Assembly (NCBI GenBank): GCA_963663165.1
Contig: OY760175.1
Location: 4,032,001 to 4,096,000 of the forward strand
DNA: 64,000 nucleotides
Direction: 5' to 3'
From: an uncultured Desulfospira sp.
Lineage (GTDB): Bacteria > Desulfobacterota > Desulfobacteria > Desulfobacterales > Desulfobacteraceae
The position numbers and the translations under genes were made by a program. How positions within the stretch are numbered: position 1 is the first letter of the stretch; every line of letters starts with the position of its first letter. Below are positions 52,397 through 64,000 of this stretch, one piece after another. Under the pieces are notes generated by a model that saw only the letters and a program-made list of their open reading frames with translations, did not search any database and had not been told where the DNA came from.

Positions 52397-53647
52397 TCAT
52401 GGCGTTGCCTTCCAAAGGCTGGATATGGGCACGGCGTACAAATCCTTCCCAAATCCCACCACAGCATCGCCGTCATAGAGGACCACGCCTGCGGCAAAGC
52501 GCGTCTGAACCGCGTTCTGAAGTTTTCGCAATCCTTTGAAATCATTCAGGGTCACCGTGGATGAGGCCTTTACTTCAACTGCCGCCAGTCTGCCGACAGA
52601 TTCCAGGATAATATCCACTTCGACTTTATCCTTGTCACGGAAATGGCTGAAGGCAATCGTTTCCTCCTGCCAGCTGGCCTGCCGCCTCAACTCCTGATAA
52701 ACAAATGTTTCCAAAAGGCTCCCATAAGCCGTGCGATCCTTCCACAACGCATCTGCGGAAAGCCCCAGTAGCGTGCAGGCAAGGCCGGTGTCTCCCATAT
52801 GCAGCTTGGGGGTTTTGACCAAACGCTTCATCCGGTTATGATGCCAGGGTGGCAGTTCTTCAAGCAAAAATATTCGTGACAGCAGCGTCATATACTCCCG
52901 GATGGTGGGCCGGCTCACTTGGAAAGGGGCGGCGATTTCAGATACGTTCATCAGGCCGGCGGTCTGCCCGGCGGCCAGTGTCAACAGCCGGGGCAGCGCA
53001 TCCATGGCGCTGACCCGCGCCAGATCCAGGATATCGCGCTGAATCAAGGTTTCAACATAATCCCGGTACCATGCCATCCGCCGCCCCGCCTTAGCCCGGG
53101 CCAGAGCAGCCGGATACCCCCCTGCCGCTATACACTCCGCCATTGCCGTCCCCAGGCGCTGTCCCGATTTCCCTGATTTAAAGCCGGTTTTAAACAACAT
53201 CGACAAAAAATCCGGTTTTTGCCCGGCAAGTTCTGCCTGGGACAATGGGTGCAACCGCAAAATTTCCATTCGGCCGGCCAGCGAATCTGCAAGTTTCGGC
53301 ACCAGGAGTACGTTGGCCGATCCTGTCAAAATAAACCGGCCCGGTTCCCGCCGTGTATCCACGGCCGCTTTCAGGGAAGTAAACATTTCCGGTACCCGTT
53401 GTACCTCATCCAGTACGGCCCGGCGCGGCAGGTCGTTCACATAACCCACCGGGTCGGCCTGGGCCGCCGCCCGCTGCACATCATCGTCAAAGGTAAAATA
53501 GGCAAATCCGACCTCATCTCCCACCCATCTGGCCAGGGTTGTCTTGCCGCACTGCCGGGGCCCGTGGATCAGGACCACCGGAGAATCTTCCAGTGCCTCA
53601 AGAACGCGCAAACGAATATAACGGGGGTATAAAGAGCCTTCTTTCAT
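52397..53647 (-). CDS. AAA+ ATPase with DUF4143 / PD-(D/E)XK nuclease-like C-terminus
   Basis: Walker A GPRQCGKTT, Walker B LDEVQR, LTGSA, KTPKLHMGDTG, EVDIILE...VEVKAS. Confidence 0.88.
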   Translation of the reverse strand: MKEGSLYPRYIRLRVLEALEDSPVVLIHGPRQCGKTTLARWVGDEVGFAYFTFDDDVQRAAAQADPVGYVNDLPRRAVLDEVQRVPEMFTSLKAAVDTRREPGRFILTGSANVLLVPKLADSLAGRMEILRLHPLSQAELAGQKPDFLSMLFKTGFKSGKSGQRLGTAMAECIAAGGYPAALARAKAGRRMAWYRDYVETLIQRDILDLARVSAMDALPRLLTLAAGQTAGLMNVSEIAAPFQVSRPTIREYMTLLSRIFLLEELPPWHHNRMKRLVKTPKLHMGDTGLACTLLGLSADALWKDRTAYGSLLETFVYQELRRQASWQEETIAFSHFRDKDKVEVDIILESVGRLAAVEVKASSTVTLNDFKGLRKLQNAVQTRFAAGVVLYDGDAVVGFGKDLYAVPISSLWKATP

Positions 53648-53671
53648 GGCGGCTATTTGTAAACCAAGCTA

Positions 53672-53729
53672 CGTCTAATTGCAAGTTTTATTTCGTCTGA
53701 TTGAAAGTTTTTGTTCGTCTGATTGAAAA
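53672..53729. repeat. Three tandem direct repeats with 22-bp period upstream of the AAA+ gene
   Basis: cgtctaattgcaa (53672), cgtctgattgaaa (53694), cgtctgattgaaa (53716), separated by T-rich linkers. Confidence 0.8.
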
Positions 53730-53853
53730 TATCCGTCCCATTTGAAAAGAGATTGGGTTAATCTTCTTTCCCCCTGTGGGTGTTAAATCCCGGTATCCGG
53801 CAGTTTTTTACGGTATCACAGACCGCCCGGCAAAGATGCCGGACAAACCATGG

Positions 53854-54480
53854 CTAGGCTATCTTCTGGGAATCTTTACCACTGAAAAAACCTTTGATTT
53901 TTGTGAAAAGCGCTTTAATTCCCCGCCAGATTTTGGGCAGCAGCCAGACCATCAGGCAGACAAGTCCGGTCAACAGGATTAAAAACAATATGGGGTAATG
54001 CAGGGCGGCAAAGATCCCGCCGATCACGGCCACATCCTCAACAAAGGAGGCGGCCCAGTTGGTAAAGGGTTCGGGGGAGGCATTGATCAGTATCCGGGTT
54101 CCGGATTTGGTCAGATGACTGCCGGCGGCAAGGCCGCCGCCGATAATGCCGGCGGCAAGGGCAAGGGCCGGGCTCACATCGCCCACGGCGCCGGCGGCAA
54201 TCATCACGCCGGCAGGGATGCGGATAAAGGTGTGAAGGGTATCCCACCCCGTATCCACACCAGGGGTTTTGTCTGCAAAGAACTCGACACAGTACATGAA
54301 TCCGGATGCCCAGAGTACCACGGGTTCGGTCAACATCTCAAGCCCCGGGGGCAGGACAATGTTGCCGGTGGCCCCCAGAATGCCCAGCACAAATACGGTG
54401 GCATACAGGTTGATGCCGCTGGCCCATGCCGCACCCATGCTCAACGATATGGTCTTTATAATCTGATCAAAGGATTCCAT
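53854..54480 (-). CDS. DUF4126-family membrane protein
   Basis: WASGINLYA, EFFADKTPGVD..WD.LHTFIRIPAG, SPEPFTN; AGGAGG RBS before ATG 54480. Confidence 0.85.
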   Translation of the reverse strand: MESFDQIIKTISLSMGAAWASGINLYATVFVLGILGATGNIVLPPGLEMLTEPVVLWASGFMYCVEFFADKTPGVDTGWDTLHTFIRIPAGVMIAAGAVGDVSPALALAAGIIGGGLAAGSHLTKSGTRILINASPEPFTNWAASFVEDVAVIGGIFAALHYPILFLILLTGLVCLMVWLLPKIWRGIKALFTKIKGFFSGKDSQKIA

Positions 54481-54656
54481 TGGAAACCTCCTTTCGTTGC
54501 AATGACGGTTTCCCATTCAAACGGCCCGGTTTTTCGCAAGGCAGCTGCTCCAGGGTTTTTGTTTAATATACGCCCTTGGGCTGTTTTTAAAAAGCCCCTT
54601 GGACAAAATTTGGGGCCACCCCATTCCGCCAGCCTAGGGTTTGATGGCGGCGGAAT

Positions 54657-54737
54657 GGAAACCGGAGACGGGAGACCGCAGACCGGATTTGCGATTTCCC
54701 CGAGGGTTTCGCTTCCGGTCTGCGGTTTCCGGTTTCC
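54657..54737. repeat. GGAGACC heptamer repeat element, copy 3 (full hairpin)
   Basis: Perfect 13-bp IR accgcagaccgga (54675-54687) / tccggtctgcggt (54714-54726) within heptamer arms. Confidence 0.75.
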
Positions 54738-54853
54738 CGCATCTATTCCTGAACTTGGTCAAAATCAGGCTTTTTTTGAAGGTCGGTTTGTGTTAAGTTT
54801 TTAGAGTTCCTCTTAAGCCAAGACAGAATAACCCGTCCGCTACCAAGGAGTCT

Positions 54854-57800
54854 GTGATGCGTGTTTCGTATATAACCGCCATTTCGGTTTGTATCTTGTT
54901 CTGTTTCACTTCTGAAGGGGCCTGCAAGCCGCCCGCCCGGGAGCCTGTTCCGGCCGGCGTCATTGAGCCGAAAACAGATGCCGAATCCGGCAGAACCCGT
55001 TTTTTGCAAAAAACCCTCACCCAGGCGGAACGCCAGTGGCTTAAAGCCCATCCCAGATTAAAGGTCGGTGTTGTCAAGGACCGGCCGCCCTTTGAATTTG
55101 CCGATGCCCTGGGCATGGTTCACGGCATGGTTCCCGACTATCTTCAGCTGATCGCCGACCGCCTTCAGGTTTCTTTTGTAATGGTTGCCAAAAAGGGGGA
55201 CCGCCCTGTTTCGTGGGGCGAAGTTTTAGCGGCGGTCCAAAACAGGAAGATAGATTTTTATCCGATTATGATTCAAAGCCCCGTCCTGTCCGAATATCTG
55301 GATTTTACCCCGCCCTATATCCATTACCCATGGGTCCTGATCGCCCGGAACAATCGTGGAAAAACCCAAAAAATCGAGGATTTTTACGGTAAAAAAATTG
55401 CTGCGGTGGACGCATTTCTACTCAGGGAAAAACTGGCCGCCCATCATCCCCAGCTGGATATGATCCCCATTAATGACCCCCTGGCCGGCCTGACAGCGGT
55501 GGCCAATGGACACATAGATGCTTTTGTTGTCAATGCGGCCGTTGGGGCCTACCTGATCCGGCAGCACGGGTTCAAACAACTGGAACTTACCGGGTTAACC
55601 GGGGACCATGACGCATCCCTCCGGATGGGGGTCCGGAACGATCTGCCGTTGCTGACCGCCATATTGGCCAAGGCCATCAGGTCCCTGACCCCGGAGGAAC
55701 ATGCCGCCACCCACAATCAATGGATTTCCGTTGACTTTGAAAAGGGGGTTGACTGGCAGGGGTTTTTCAAAATCGCTGCCCTCCCGGCGATGGCAGCTTT
55801 GGGCATCATCATCCTGATCACCCTGGCCAACCGGCGGCTCAAGGAAAGCGAATCCCACACCCGGCATTTGCTGGAGTCGGTGGGCGGAGGGGTTCTTTTT
55901 GTGGACACCAAAGGGATCTTTAGTTTTATCAATAACAACGCCCTTTCCATGCTTGGTTACACCAAAGAAGAGGTATTGGGGCAGCATATTGATGCCCTGA
56001 TTCATCATACCCAGCAGAACGGCGACCTGTGCACCAAAGAGAACTGCCGGTTATACCCGGCCTATGCCGGCCGGGAAATCGTCCGGGTGCCACAGGATAT
56101 TTTCTGGAAAAAGGATGAAACGGCCTTGCCGGTTTCCTATCTTGCCAATCCCGTATACCGGCATGGCAGACCCATAGGGGCCGTTATAACCTTCATGGAC
56201 ATTACCCGGAGGCTCAATGCCGATAAACAGATTCAACGGGGCAGGGAACGGCTTGATTTTTCTCTGGAAACCGCCAATGCCTTTAGCTGGGAATATGATT
56301 TCAGGAAAGATGCCATGACCTACAGGGCCTCGTCCTTTTTTATACGGAACGGCTATTCAGAAAACGAGATCCCCGGAAATCATGGGCAATATCTGGCCAT
56401 TATCCATCCGGATGACCGGGACCTGTTCACCAGCGCCTCCGAGCAATACCACCAGAGCAGCGAGGCGGTGTTCAGCGTTGATCACCGCATTAAAAGCAAA
56501 ACATCGGGCTGGGTCTGGCTGCATTCCGTGGGCCGGGCCATAGAATGGGATGACCAGGGACAGATAGTTGCAACCTCAGGCCTGACCCAGGATATCACGG
56601 AACAGAAAAACCTCATTGAACAGCTTCAGCAGGCCGGGGAACGGCTCAATTTTGCCCTCAAAGCTGCCAACTCCATCTACTGGGAACATGATCTGGTAAC
56701 GGATGACCTTTCTTATTCCTCTGACGATATGCTCGCCCGGCATGGGTATACAAAAGAAAATACCCCCCGGACCATGGCGCAGTTCCATGACCTGGTCCAT
56801 CCAGAGGATCTGGCAGCAGCCGTCCAGCAGACTCAGCTGCATTATGAAGGAAAAATTCCCTCATTCGGATATGATTACCGGATCAAGACCCCTGACGGCA
56901 AATGGGTCTGGTTTAATTCAAGCGGCCGGATTATTGAGCGGGATGACCAGGGGCAGCCCATTAAAAGGGGCGGCATAACCCTCGATATCACGGAACGGAT
57001 GAAGCTTCTCCAAGAGGTCCGGCAGTTCCAGGAACGGCTCCGGATCATATCCGACTACACCTATGACTGGCAGTCCTGGCTGGATATCCAAGACGGCATG
57101 GTCTGGATGAACAAGGCCGTTGAACGGATCACCGGGTATACGGTTCAGGAGTGCATGGAAATGGAGGACTATCCCCGGCCCCTGTTTGACGAGGAAAATT
57201 TCAAACTTTACCAAAAGCATACGTCACTGGCCCTCCAGGGGCAGGGACGGCAGGAGGCTGTCCTGCGCCTGACCCGCAAGGACGGTCAGAAGATATGGAT
57301 CCAGTCCTCATGGGAGCCTATTTTTGATGGAACCGGCCAGGTTACCGGGCTTGTCGGGGCGACCAAAGACATCTCAGAGCGGAAAAAGGCCGAATCAAAG
57401 CTGAGGCTGATGTCCAAGGTATTTGCCGAAGCGGCCGACCCCATTCAGATCCTGGATCTTGACCACAACATCATGGACTTTAATGAAGCAACGGTCACTG
57501 CCTATGGATATGAACGGCAGGAACTTTTAGGCCAGAAGGCCTGGCTTATGGTTCCCCAAGAGTTGGACGACCGGGGCAAAGTATTGTTTCAACGCTGCCT
57601 TAACGGTGAAATTGTCCAGGATGTGGAATGGCTCAGAAAGAAAAAAAACGGGTCGGTGATTCCGATTCTGATCACCCTTTCCCTGTTGAAAGACGATGAG
57701 GGCGCCCCCGTTGGAATGGCCGTCATTACCAAAGATATCAGCGCCCTGAAACAGGCGGAACAGGAACTCAAAGATCATCAGGATCATCTGGAAGACCTGG

Positions 57801-60073
57801 TTGAAGAACGGACTGCTGAACTTGCCGAAGCCATGCGGGTGGCTGAAGAGGCCACCCAGGCCAAAAGCGATTTTCTGGCCAATATGAGCCATGAAATCAG
57901 AACCCCGTTGAATGCCGTTATCGGGTTTGCCCACCTGGCCCTTCAAACCCGGCTGGACGACACCCAGTTTGACTATATCCGGAAAATCCAGAACAGCTCA
58001 AGGGCCCTTTTGGGCGTTATCAACGATATTCTTGATTTCAGCAAAATCGAGGCCGGCAAACTGGCCATGGAAACCATTGAGTTCGGCCTGGAAGAGGTTC
58101 TTGAAACCGTTGTCAATCTGATCGGGATCAAGGCCCAGGAAAAAGGGATAGAGGTGATTTTCAACATCGACCCAAACCTTCCCCGGCAGCTCATGGGCGA
58201 TCCCTTAAGGCTTGGCCAGATTCTGACCAACCTGACCAACAATGCGGTCAAATTTACTGAAACAGGGGAAATCATCATTGGCTGCGCCATTCAAAACCGG
58301 CTTGAAGATGAAATCGAACTGGAGTTTTTTGTTCAGGACAGCGGCATCGGCCTGACCCAGGAACAGCAGGATAAGCTGTTTGAGGCCTTTACCCAGGCCG
58401 ATTCCTCCACCACCCGAAAATACGGCGGCACAGGCTTGGGCCTTTTTATCAGCAAGTGCCTGGTGGAAATGATGCACGGCCGGATCTGGGTGAAAAGCAA
58501 ACCGGGCAAAGGGGCGGCTTTCTTTTTTACCGTGCGCCTGCAGATGGCCAAATCCCAGCCGGCCCGCATGGTGGAACCCGACGAACAGTTTGGCCGGAGC
58601 AAGGTCCTGGTGGTGGACGATAACCCCATCTGCCGTACGGTGCTGGCCAAAATGCTGGAATCCATGTCCTTTAAGGTCTCCCAGGCGCCCGGAGCCGAGG
58701 AAGGCCTGGCCGAACTGGAAGCAGCCGCGAAAGAAGCCCCCTTTGACCTGGTCCTCATGGACTGGAAAATGCCCGGCATGGACGGGCTCCATGCATCCAG
58801 AAAGATTAAAAGTTCTTTAGGGATCAAGGTGCCGTCTATTGTCATGGTATCGGCCTATGCCAGGGAAGACCTGATGCAGGAGGCCGACAACATGGCCCTG
58901 GACGGGTATCTGATCAAACCAGTGTCCCCGTCTTTGCTGCTGGATACCATCATGGTGGCCCTGGGCAAAAAGAGCGCTTCGTCTGCCCGTCAGCATCGGG
59001 GCGGGGGACTGCCCGGTGTGGCGGCCATCAAGGGGGCAAGGCTTCTGGTGGCCGAGGACAATGAAATCAACCAGCAGGTGGCCCGGGGAATTCTGGAAAA
59101 CAACGGGTTCAGGGTGGACATGGCAAACAACGGCCGACTGGCCATAGAAGCACTTCAAACCCAGGCATACGATGCCGTCCTCATGGACATTCATATGCCT
59201 GAAATGGACGGGTACACGGCCAGCCGGGAGATCCGGAAAGATGAAAAATTCAAAGACCTGCCCATCATTGCCATGACCGCCAATGCCATGGCCGGCGACC
59301 GGGAAAAAGCATTGGACGCCGGGATGAACGACCATGTGGCCAAGCCCATTGACGTGACCCAGCTGCTCAGCGTGCTGGGCAAATGGGTTAAAAAAACAGA
59401 CGGTAACGGCCCGGACGAAACCCTTCAGACAAGGGATAAGCGTAAAACTCCAGCCAATGCTCTGGGGCCGTTGCCAGGCATCAATACCGGCGACGGGCTG
59501 GACCGCTTGGGCGGCGACCTTGACCTGTATCTGTCACTTTTGTGCAAATTTGTTGAAAACCAGGCCGGATCAGGCGAACAGATCCAAAACGCCTTGGACG
59601 GCCAGGACCTGGAAACCGCCCGAAGGCTTGTCCACACGGCCAAAGGTGTGGCCGGCAACATGGGGGCTGAAGCCCTTTTTAAATCGGCATCCCTTTTGGA
59701 CAACGCGTTGAGACAAGAAGACATCCCCAAAGCCAGGAACCTGATGCCGGATTTCAACCATGCGTTAACACTGGTGATCCAGGGGATCGAAACCTGTCTG
59801 TCAAACCAGAGGCCAAAAGAACCGGAAGATACGGAAAGCAAGGCTTCGCCGGAAACCATCAAACAGCTGCTGTCTGGCTTAAAACAACTGATTGATGACG
59901 ATGACACCGATGCCGGCACCCTGGTCAAACAGCTGTCCGGGGCACTTCCGAGCGAAGGGGGGAAAAGGTTGCTGCACCGGTTGTCCAAAAAAATCAGCGG
60001 CTACGATTTTGAAGGGGCAAAAGAGGCCCTGGCCGAGCTTTGCCGGGAATTAAAAATCAATCTGGAGGAATAA
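54854..60073 (+). CDS. Large hybrid sensor kinase (periplasmic solute-binding domain, ~5 PAS, HisKA, HATPase, two REC, HPt)
   Basis: [20 protein letters not shown]; repeated PAC motifs (DIT/DIS); [34 protein letters not shown]; start uncertain. Confidence 0.93.
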   Translation: MMRVSYITAISVCILFCFTSEGACKPPAREPVPAGVIEPKTDAESGRTRFLQKTLTQAERQWLKAHPRLKVGVVKDRPPFEFADALGMVHGMVPDYLQLIADRLQVSFVMVAKKGDRPVSWGEVLAAVQNRKIDFYPIMIQSPVLSEYLDFTPPYIHYPWVLIARNNRGKTQKIEDFYGKKIAAVDAFLLREKLAAHHPQLDMIPINDPLAGLTAVANGHIDAFVVNAAVGAYLIRQHGFKQLELTGLTGDHDASLRMGVRNDLPLLTAILAKAIRSLTPEEHAATHNQWISVDFEKGVDWQGFFKIAALPAMAALGIIILITLANRRLKESESHTRHLLESVGGGVLFVDTKGIFSFINNNALSMLGYTKEEVLGQHIDALIHHTQQNGDLCTKENCRLYPAYAGREIVRVPQDIFWKKDETALPVSYLANPVYRHGRPIGAVITFMDITRRLNADKQIQRGRERLDFSLETANAFSWEYDFRKDAMTYRASSFFIRNGYSENEIPGNHGQYLAIIHPDDRDLFTSASEQYHQSSEAVFSVDHRIKSKTSGWVWLHSVGRAIEWDDQGQIVATSGLTQDITEQKNLIEQLQQAGERLNFALKAANSIYWEHDLVTDDLSYSSDDMLARHGYTKENTPRTMAQFHDLVHPEDLAAAVQQTQLHYEGKIPSFGYDYRIKTPDGKWVWFNSSGRIIERDDQGQPIKRGGITLDITERMKLLQEVRQFQERLRIISDYTYDWQSWLDIQDGMVWMNKAVERITGYTVQECMEMEDYPRPLFDEENFKLYQKHTSLALQGQGRQEAVLRLTRKDGQKIWIQSSWEPIFDGTGQVTGLVGATKDISERKKAESKLRLMSKVFAEAADPIQILDLDHNIMDFNEATVTAYGYERQELLGQKAWLMVPQELDDRGKVLFQRCLNGEIVQDVEWLRKKKNGSVIPILITLSLLKDDEGAPVGMAVITKDISALKQAEQELKDHQDHLEDLVEERTAELAEAMRVAEEATQAKSDFLANMSHEIRTPLNAVIGFAHLALQTRLDDTQFDYIRKIQNSSRALLGVINDILDFSKIEAGKLAMETIEFGLEEVLETVVNLIGIKAQEKGIEVIFNIDPNLPRQLMGDPLRLGQILTNLTNNAVKFTETGEIIIGCAIQNRLEDEIELEFFVQDSGIGLTQEQQDKLFEAFTQADSSTTRKYGGTGLGLFISKCLVEMMHGRIWVKSKPGKGAAFFFTVRLQMAKSQPARMVEPDEQFGRSKVLVVDDNPICRTVLAKMLESMSFKVSQAPGAEEGLAELEAAAKEAPFDLVLMDWKMPGMDGLHASRKIKSSLGIKVPSIVMVSAYAREDLMQEADNMALDGYLIKPVSPSLLLDTIMVALGKKSASSARQHRGGGLPGVAAIKGARLLVAEDNEINQQVARGILENNGFRVDMANNGRLAIEALQTQAYDAVLMDIHMPEMDGYTASREIRKDEKFKDLPIIAMTANAMAGDREKALDAGMNDHVAKPIDVTQLLSVLGKWVKKTDGNGPDETLQTRDKRKTPANALGPLPGINTGDGLDRLGGDLDLYLSLLCKFVENQAGSGEQIQNALDGQDLETARRLVHTAKGVAGNMGAEALFKSASLLDNALRQEDIPKARNLMPDFNHALTLVIQGIETCLSNQRPKEPEDTESKASPETIKQLLSGLKQLIDDDDTDAGTLVKQLSGALPSEGGKRLLHRLSKKISGYDFEGAKEALAELCRELKINLEE

Positions 60074-60079
60074 GAAAGA

Positions 60080-60166
60080 AGACCGGAGGAAGGGAGAAGG
60101 GAGACCGGATGTCGCGTACGCCCGTATGTGGCATCCGGTTTTCGGTCTCCTTTCTTCCGGTCTCCC
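60080..60166. repeat. GGAGACC heptamer repeat element, copy 4 (degenerate hairpin between convergent genes)
   Basis: agaccggagg...gggagaccggatg ... catccggttttcggtctcc...ccggtctccc. Confidence 0.65.
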
Positions 60167-60170
60167 TTAT

Positions 60171-62246
60171 TCATCCCTCCGTGGCATGAACGCGGGACAA
60201 AAACGCCCCTACGGTCTTTCGCAGCACTTCCCCCTGGGAGGAAAGATTCCGTGCCGCATCGCCGATATTGTTGGAGGCGGCTTCAGAACGCTCCGCCGTT
60301 TCCTGGAGGCGTTGAATCTGAGTGGAGACATTCTGGGTCTGGGCCGCGGCCTGCTCAACATTACTGGCGATTTCGGATGTGGTGGCCCGCTGCTGTTCCA
60401 TGGCCTGGGCAATGAGCGCAGAAATGGCCTGGACCTGTTCTATGGTGGTGGAGACCTCGTTGATGGCCCCCACCGAGGCTTTGGTTGACGCCTGAATCAC
60501 GTCGATTTGCTCGGAAATCTTTTCAGTGGCCTGGGCGGTCTGGTGGGCAAGGCCCTTGACCTCGGCGGCCACAACGGCAAACCCTTTTCCGGCCTCACCG
60601 GCCCGTGCGGATTCAACGGTTGCGTTCAGGGCAAGGATATTGGTCTGGGCCGCGATTTCCTGAATCATGGCCACCAGTTTTGAAATCTGCCCCACATGGT
60701 CTTCTAAGATACGGATCTTTTCAGATGTGTTGGTGGCATCCTTGACCGCTTTGGTGGTTGATTCGGTGGCCTCGGCGACCTGGGATGCGATGTGGGCTAT
60801 GGATTCGGACATCTTTTCAGAGGCCCCGGCAACAGTGGTGACATTGCTGGACGTGGCCTCAGCGGAAACCGACACGGCAGAGGACTGCTGTTTGGTGTGC
60901 TGTGCAATGCTCTGCATTTCCGATGAGGTCTGCTGCATGGCCTTGTCGGCGCTGCCCAACCCGTCAAAAACCGACGCCATGGACTGTTCGAATTCCAGGA
61001 TATACTGCTCCCTTTCATTGTGCGCCTTTTCCTGTTTTTGGCGAAGCTGTTCAGCGGCAAAAAGGGCTTCGCGCATGTCGGAAAAACTGTCTTCAAGGGC
61101 AGACAGTTCAATAATTTTGGTGGCAGGCCTTCCGGACTGGCTGAAATCGCCGTTCCGGATTTTTTTGGCATCGTCGGCCAGATGCTTGACCCGCTTGGCC
61201 AGGCGCTGGCTAAAGTACATCATCAAAGGGACAAAAACCACCAGGCTGGCCAGAATAATAAAGAAAATTTTCTGCTGCATGTCTCTGTAAATACGGGTAA
61301 AATCTGATTTTGGAGCCGCAATCCCACTTTTAAAGCCAGGGCCGTCGTGGAGCAGTTCCCGGCCTGCCGAATAAAAATCGTCTTTTTTGGAAGCATCAAA
61401 CAGGGATTTCACTGCCTCGGACGGGACCTTGGCCGCATCGCTTAACAGCGGCACCTCTTTAAAGGTTTCGGGCAGGGCCAGAATCCGATTTTTGCTGTCA
61501 TAGATAAACACCACACTGTTTTCAGATAATTTCTGTTCAGATACATATTGGCTTAAACCGGAAAGGGTTACGTCCACCCCAACCACACCGGTTTTGTCCA
61601 TTAAGGTATGAGATGCGGTAATCCCGGGCTGCTGAAGGGAATTAAACATATACACATCGGACAACGCCGCCCCGCTGCCCGATGTGGCCGCCTCATACCA
61701 GGGGCGCTTTCGTGGATCATACCCCGGCGCGGGCTCGGTGTGGGCCTTGAGCAGATTCTTTTGATCATCCAGGAATGACCAGCTTTGGGTCCGGCTGCCC
61801 CGGGGCTCGCTATAGATGGTCCGGACAATCCAGGCGGCATTTTGAGGGGCCTGATGTTTATCTAACACCGCGGCATGGCCCCTTGTGGCGATAATCTGAT
61901 AAAAACTGCCGTCGTCATGTCCGATGTATATGGAATATATAGACGGGTATTCCGCCAGGGCCTTGAAAATCTGATGCCGGACAGGAGCATCCAGTCCCCC
62001 GTCCCGGGGTTTTTCAATTAACTGGTGGTGGGCAATCATCCCGGACAGTTTCAGGGGGACATCAATGAGGTTATTCACCTGGGTCTGGATTTTGGAGGCG
62101 GTTGTACCGAAAATGTTGTGGGCAACTTCATCGGCTGCTTTCTTACCGATCAGCCACTGGGCAATTAAAATGGTGCCGGACAGCAGTCCGATAATCACCA
62201 GACTACTTACGATTAAAGCGGTTCTGAATTGAAAGCGCATAATCAT
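60171..62246 (-). CDS. Methyl-accepting chemotaxis protein (Cache, HAMP, MA domain)
   Basis: Two TM segments, [43 protein letters not shown]. Confidence 0.94.
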   Translation of the reverse strand: MIMRFQFRTALIVSSLVIIGLLSGTILIAQWLIGKKAADEVAHNIFGTTASKIQTQVNNLIDVPLKLSGMIAHHQLIEKPRDGGLDAPVRHQIFKALAEYPSIYSIYIGHDDGSFYQIIATRGHAAVLDKHQAPQNAAWIVRTIYSEPRGSRTQSWSFLDDQKNLLKAHTEPAPGYDPRKRPWYEAATSGSGAALSDVYMFNSLQQPGITASHTLMDKTGVVGVDVTLSGLSQYVSEQKLSENSVVFIYDSKNRILALPETFKEVPLLSDAAKVPSEAVKSLFDASKKDDFYSAGRELLHDGPGFKSGIAAPKSDFTRIYRDMQQKIFFIILASLVVFVPLMMYFSQRLAKRVKHLADDAKKIRNGDFSQSGRPATKIIELSALEDSFSDMREALFAAEQLRQKQEKAHNEREQYILEFEQSMASVFDGLGSADKAMQQTSSEMQSIAQHTKQQSSAVSVSAEATSSNVTTVAGASEKMSESIAHIASQVAEATESTTKAVKDATNTSEKIRILEDHVGQISKLVAMIQEIAAQTNILALNATVESARAGEAGKGFAVVAAEVKGLAHQTAQATEKISEQIDVIQASTKASVGAINEVSTTIEQVQAISALIAQAMEQQRATTSEIASNVEQAAAQTQNVSTQIQRLQETAERSEAASNNIGDAARNLSSQGEVLRKTVGAFLSRVHATEG

Positions 62247-62441
62247 CCTGTTTTTTTATTTGATTGTCATTAATTGAGAGAAATTGCGATATAGTATATC
62301 GTTAAAGGCCGGTTTAGAAAAGTCTCTTTTGCATTTTTCTACATGAACTGCTTTAAAGTGGATGAAACTAACGGCCCACAGCCTGAAAGTGATTGGCTGG
62401 CAGTTTTTGAACTGTGCCAGCCGGCTAACAGCTAATGGCTA

Positions 62442-63935
62442 ATGGCCAAAAAAAGGAACACGAGAATGCTCAAAAAAGAATTGAAAATTTATTTTATGGT
62501 GCTTGGACTAGTCCTTCTTTGCACCATACCCCCCTATGCCCGGGAACTGCCGGTGACCGGGTCCATGGACACCCGGGTGGGAAAGCTTGCCTTTGAAGAA
62601 GGGTACCCTTCAGCCCAAACTGTTGAAACGCTTTATGATGAGCTGGGCTTCCAGCGGGCGGTCCAGGCCTATCTGTGGGCCGTTCCCCTGGTGGGATTTG
62701 CCCGGTGGCAGGAACAGCACGAACAGGTATTCGGTGCCAGAGACGGGGATGTGGTCTATTATGTCAGTTACAAGGACAAGCTTGGCCTGCTGACATCCAA
62801 TGCCACCACCCCTTATATCATCGGCATGGCCAACCTTGCCCGGTCCGGCCCCCTGGTCATTGACTTTCCTGCCGGTGACACCTCCGGCGGCATCATGGAT
62901 TTCTGGCAGCGGCCCATTGCGGACATGGGACTGGCCGGCCCGGACAAGGGGGCCGGGGCCCGGTATCTGATTCTCGGCCCGGGCCAGTCGGTCAAGGATA
63001 CAAACGGATATACGGTCATCCAATCTTCCATGAACAATATCTTTCACGCCTTCAGGGTCATTTCAACAGACCCGGATGAGGCCGAAAAGCTGCGCCGGGG
63101 GTATCAGGTCTACCCTTACAGCACCAGGGACACCCCGAGACCCACAAAAATTGTAACCCCGGACGGCAGACACTGGGAAGGGTGGCATCCCGGCGGCCTG
63201 GAGTACTGGAAACTGGTCGCCAAAATGGTGAACCAGGAACCGGTTCATGACCGGGACCGCATCATGGTGGCCACCTTAAAGCCTTTAGGGATTGAAAAGG
63301 GAACGCCATTTAATCCTGATGACCGCCAGACAAAGATTCTTGAAGAGGCAACCCTGGTCGGCGAGTCCATGGCCCGGTGCTTAAGTTATGCCAAGCGGCA
63401 GAAAGAGGCCGGAATCTGGCCTGGCACCCATTGGAAAAACGCCGTTCTTCTGGAGGCTGACCAGGAAACCGACAATTACACGGCACTGGACGAACGGACC
63501 GCCTGGTTCTACGAGGCCGTGACCCTGACCGCCGGCATGACCAGCAAAACCCCGGGAAAGGGCCAGGCCTATATCGGTGTTCAGAAAAGCCGTGACGGCC
63601 AATGGCTCAAAGGGGAACATGCCTATACCCTCCATGTCCCGGCCAATGCGCCGGTAGAGCAGTTCTGGGCCATGACCCTTTATGACACCCAAACCCGCTG
63701 CTTTATTGAAAATGAGTACGAGATTGCCGGCCTTGATTCCCGGTCCGATCTGATCAAAAACCAGGACGGGTCCGTGGACCTGTACTTTGGCCCCAAGGCC
63801 CCTGAAGGAAAAGAGAAAAACTGGATCCCCACGGTCCCGGGAAAGGGATGGTTTGGCTACTTCCGGTTTTATGCGCCCACCAGGGCATATTTTGACAGAT
63901 CCTGGCAGCTGCCGGATATTGTAAAACAACATTGA
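62442..63935 (+). CDS. Secreted DUF1254/DUF1214 family protein
   Basis: Signal peptide, FQRAVQAYLWAVP, TSNATTPY, GPDKGAG, FWAMTLYD, DGSVDLYFGP, NWIPT; true start may be ATG 62466. Confidence 0.85.
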   Translation: MAKKRNTRMLKKELKIYFMVLGLVLLCTIPPYARELPVTGSMDTRVGKLAFEEGYPSAQTVETLYDELGFQRAVQAYLWAVPLVGFARWQEQHEQVFGARDGDVVYYVSYKDKLGLLTSNATTPYIIGMANLARSGPLVIDFPAGDTSGGIMDFWQRPIADMGLAGPDKGAGARYLILGPGQSVKDTNGYTVIQSSMNNIFHAFRVISTDPDEAEKLRRGYQVYPYSTRDTPRPTKIVTPDGRHWEGWHPGGLEYWKLVAKMVNQEPVHDRDRIMVATLKPLGIEKGTPFNPDDRQTKILEEATLVGESMARCLSYAKRQKEAGIWPGTHWKNAVLLEADQETDNYTALDERTAWFYEAVTLTAGMTSKTPGKGQAYIGVQKSRDGQWLKGEHAYTLHVPANAPVEQFWAMTLYDTQTRCFIENEYEIAGLDSRSDLIKNQDGSVDLYFGPKAPEGKEKNWIPTVPGKGWFGYFRFYAPTRAYFDRSWQLPDIVKQH

Positions 63936-63961
63936 TACAGACAAACCGCACAGGAGAAATC

Positions 63962-64000
63962 ATGAAAAAAACACTGGCAGCCGTTCTGTTGTTTGCAGGG
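63962..64000 (+). CDS. 5' fragment of a probable secreted protein (runs off the window)
   Basis: AGGAG RBS, then MKKTLAAVLLFAG signal-peptide-like start. Confidence 0.6.
   Translation, partial: MKKTLAAVLLFAG

Noticed and set aside
53672..53750. Tandem repeats as a mini-CRISPR array
   Set aside because: The 13-bp units with 9-bp similar T-rich linkers are too short, have no unique spacers, and no cas genes are present.
53998..54804. 268-aa plus-strand ORF
   Set aside because: It is antisense to the DUF4126 gene and runs through a repeat element; no motifs.
62287..62301. Palindrome cgatata-g-tatatcg between the MCP and DUF1254 genes
   Set aside because: It is short, AT-rich and single-copy, so it could easily occur by chance.

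Overview
A ~50% GC bacterial chromosomal window; gene content (PFOR, Cache/PAS hybrid kinases, RdgC-like gene pair, VPxP-CTERM protein) suggests a sulfate-reducing Desulfobacterales-type organism (inference). Housekeeping and signalling blocks are pepA-larE-CDF, a TatT-type TRAP operon, nfeD-nfeD-floA, hybrid kinases, PFOR, htpX, three hsp20 genes, glk plus a sugar porter, and an MCP. They are interleaved with defence loci: an apparently intact type I R-M operon carrying a RhuM-Fic gene, a doubly inactivated BsuBI/PstI-like type II R-M system, and a Wadjet (jetABCD) operon. The Wadjet operon is interrupted between jetC and jetD by an antisense HNH nuclease cassette and followed by a convergent AAA+/PD-(D/E)XK gene with 22-bp-period upstream repeats. 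There are also decayed genes (ilvD, a REP-associated tyrosine transposase) and several dispersed palindromic repeat families. The best candidates for undescribed systems are the HNH-containing Wadjet variant and a tandem-RHH protein + zinc-ribbon peptide + triple Hsp20 module with palindromic operator-like sites. No rRNA, tRNA, CRISPR array or integrase was recognised. All family assignments come from motif recognition by eye, not database searches.
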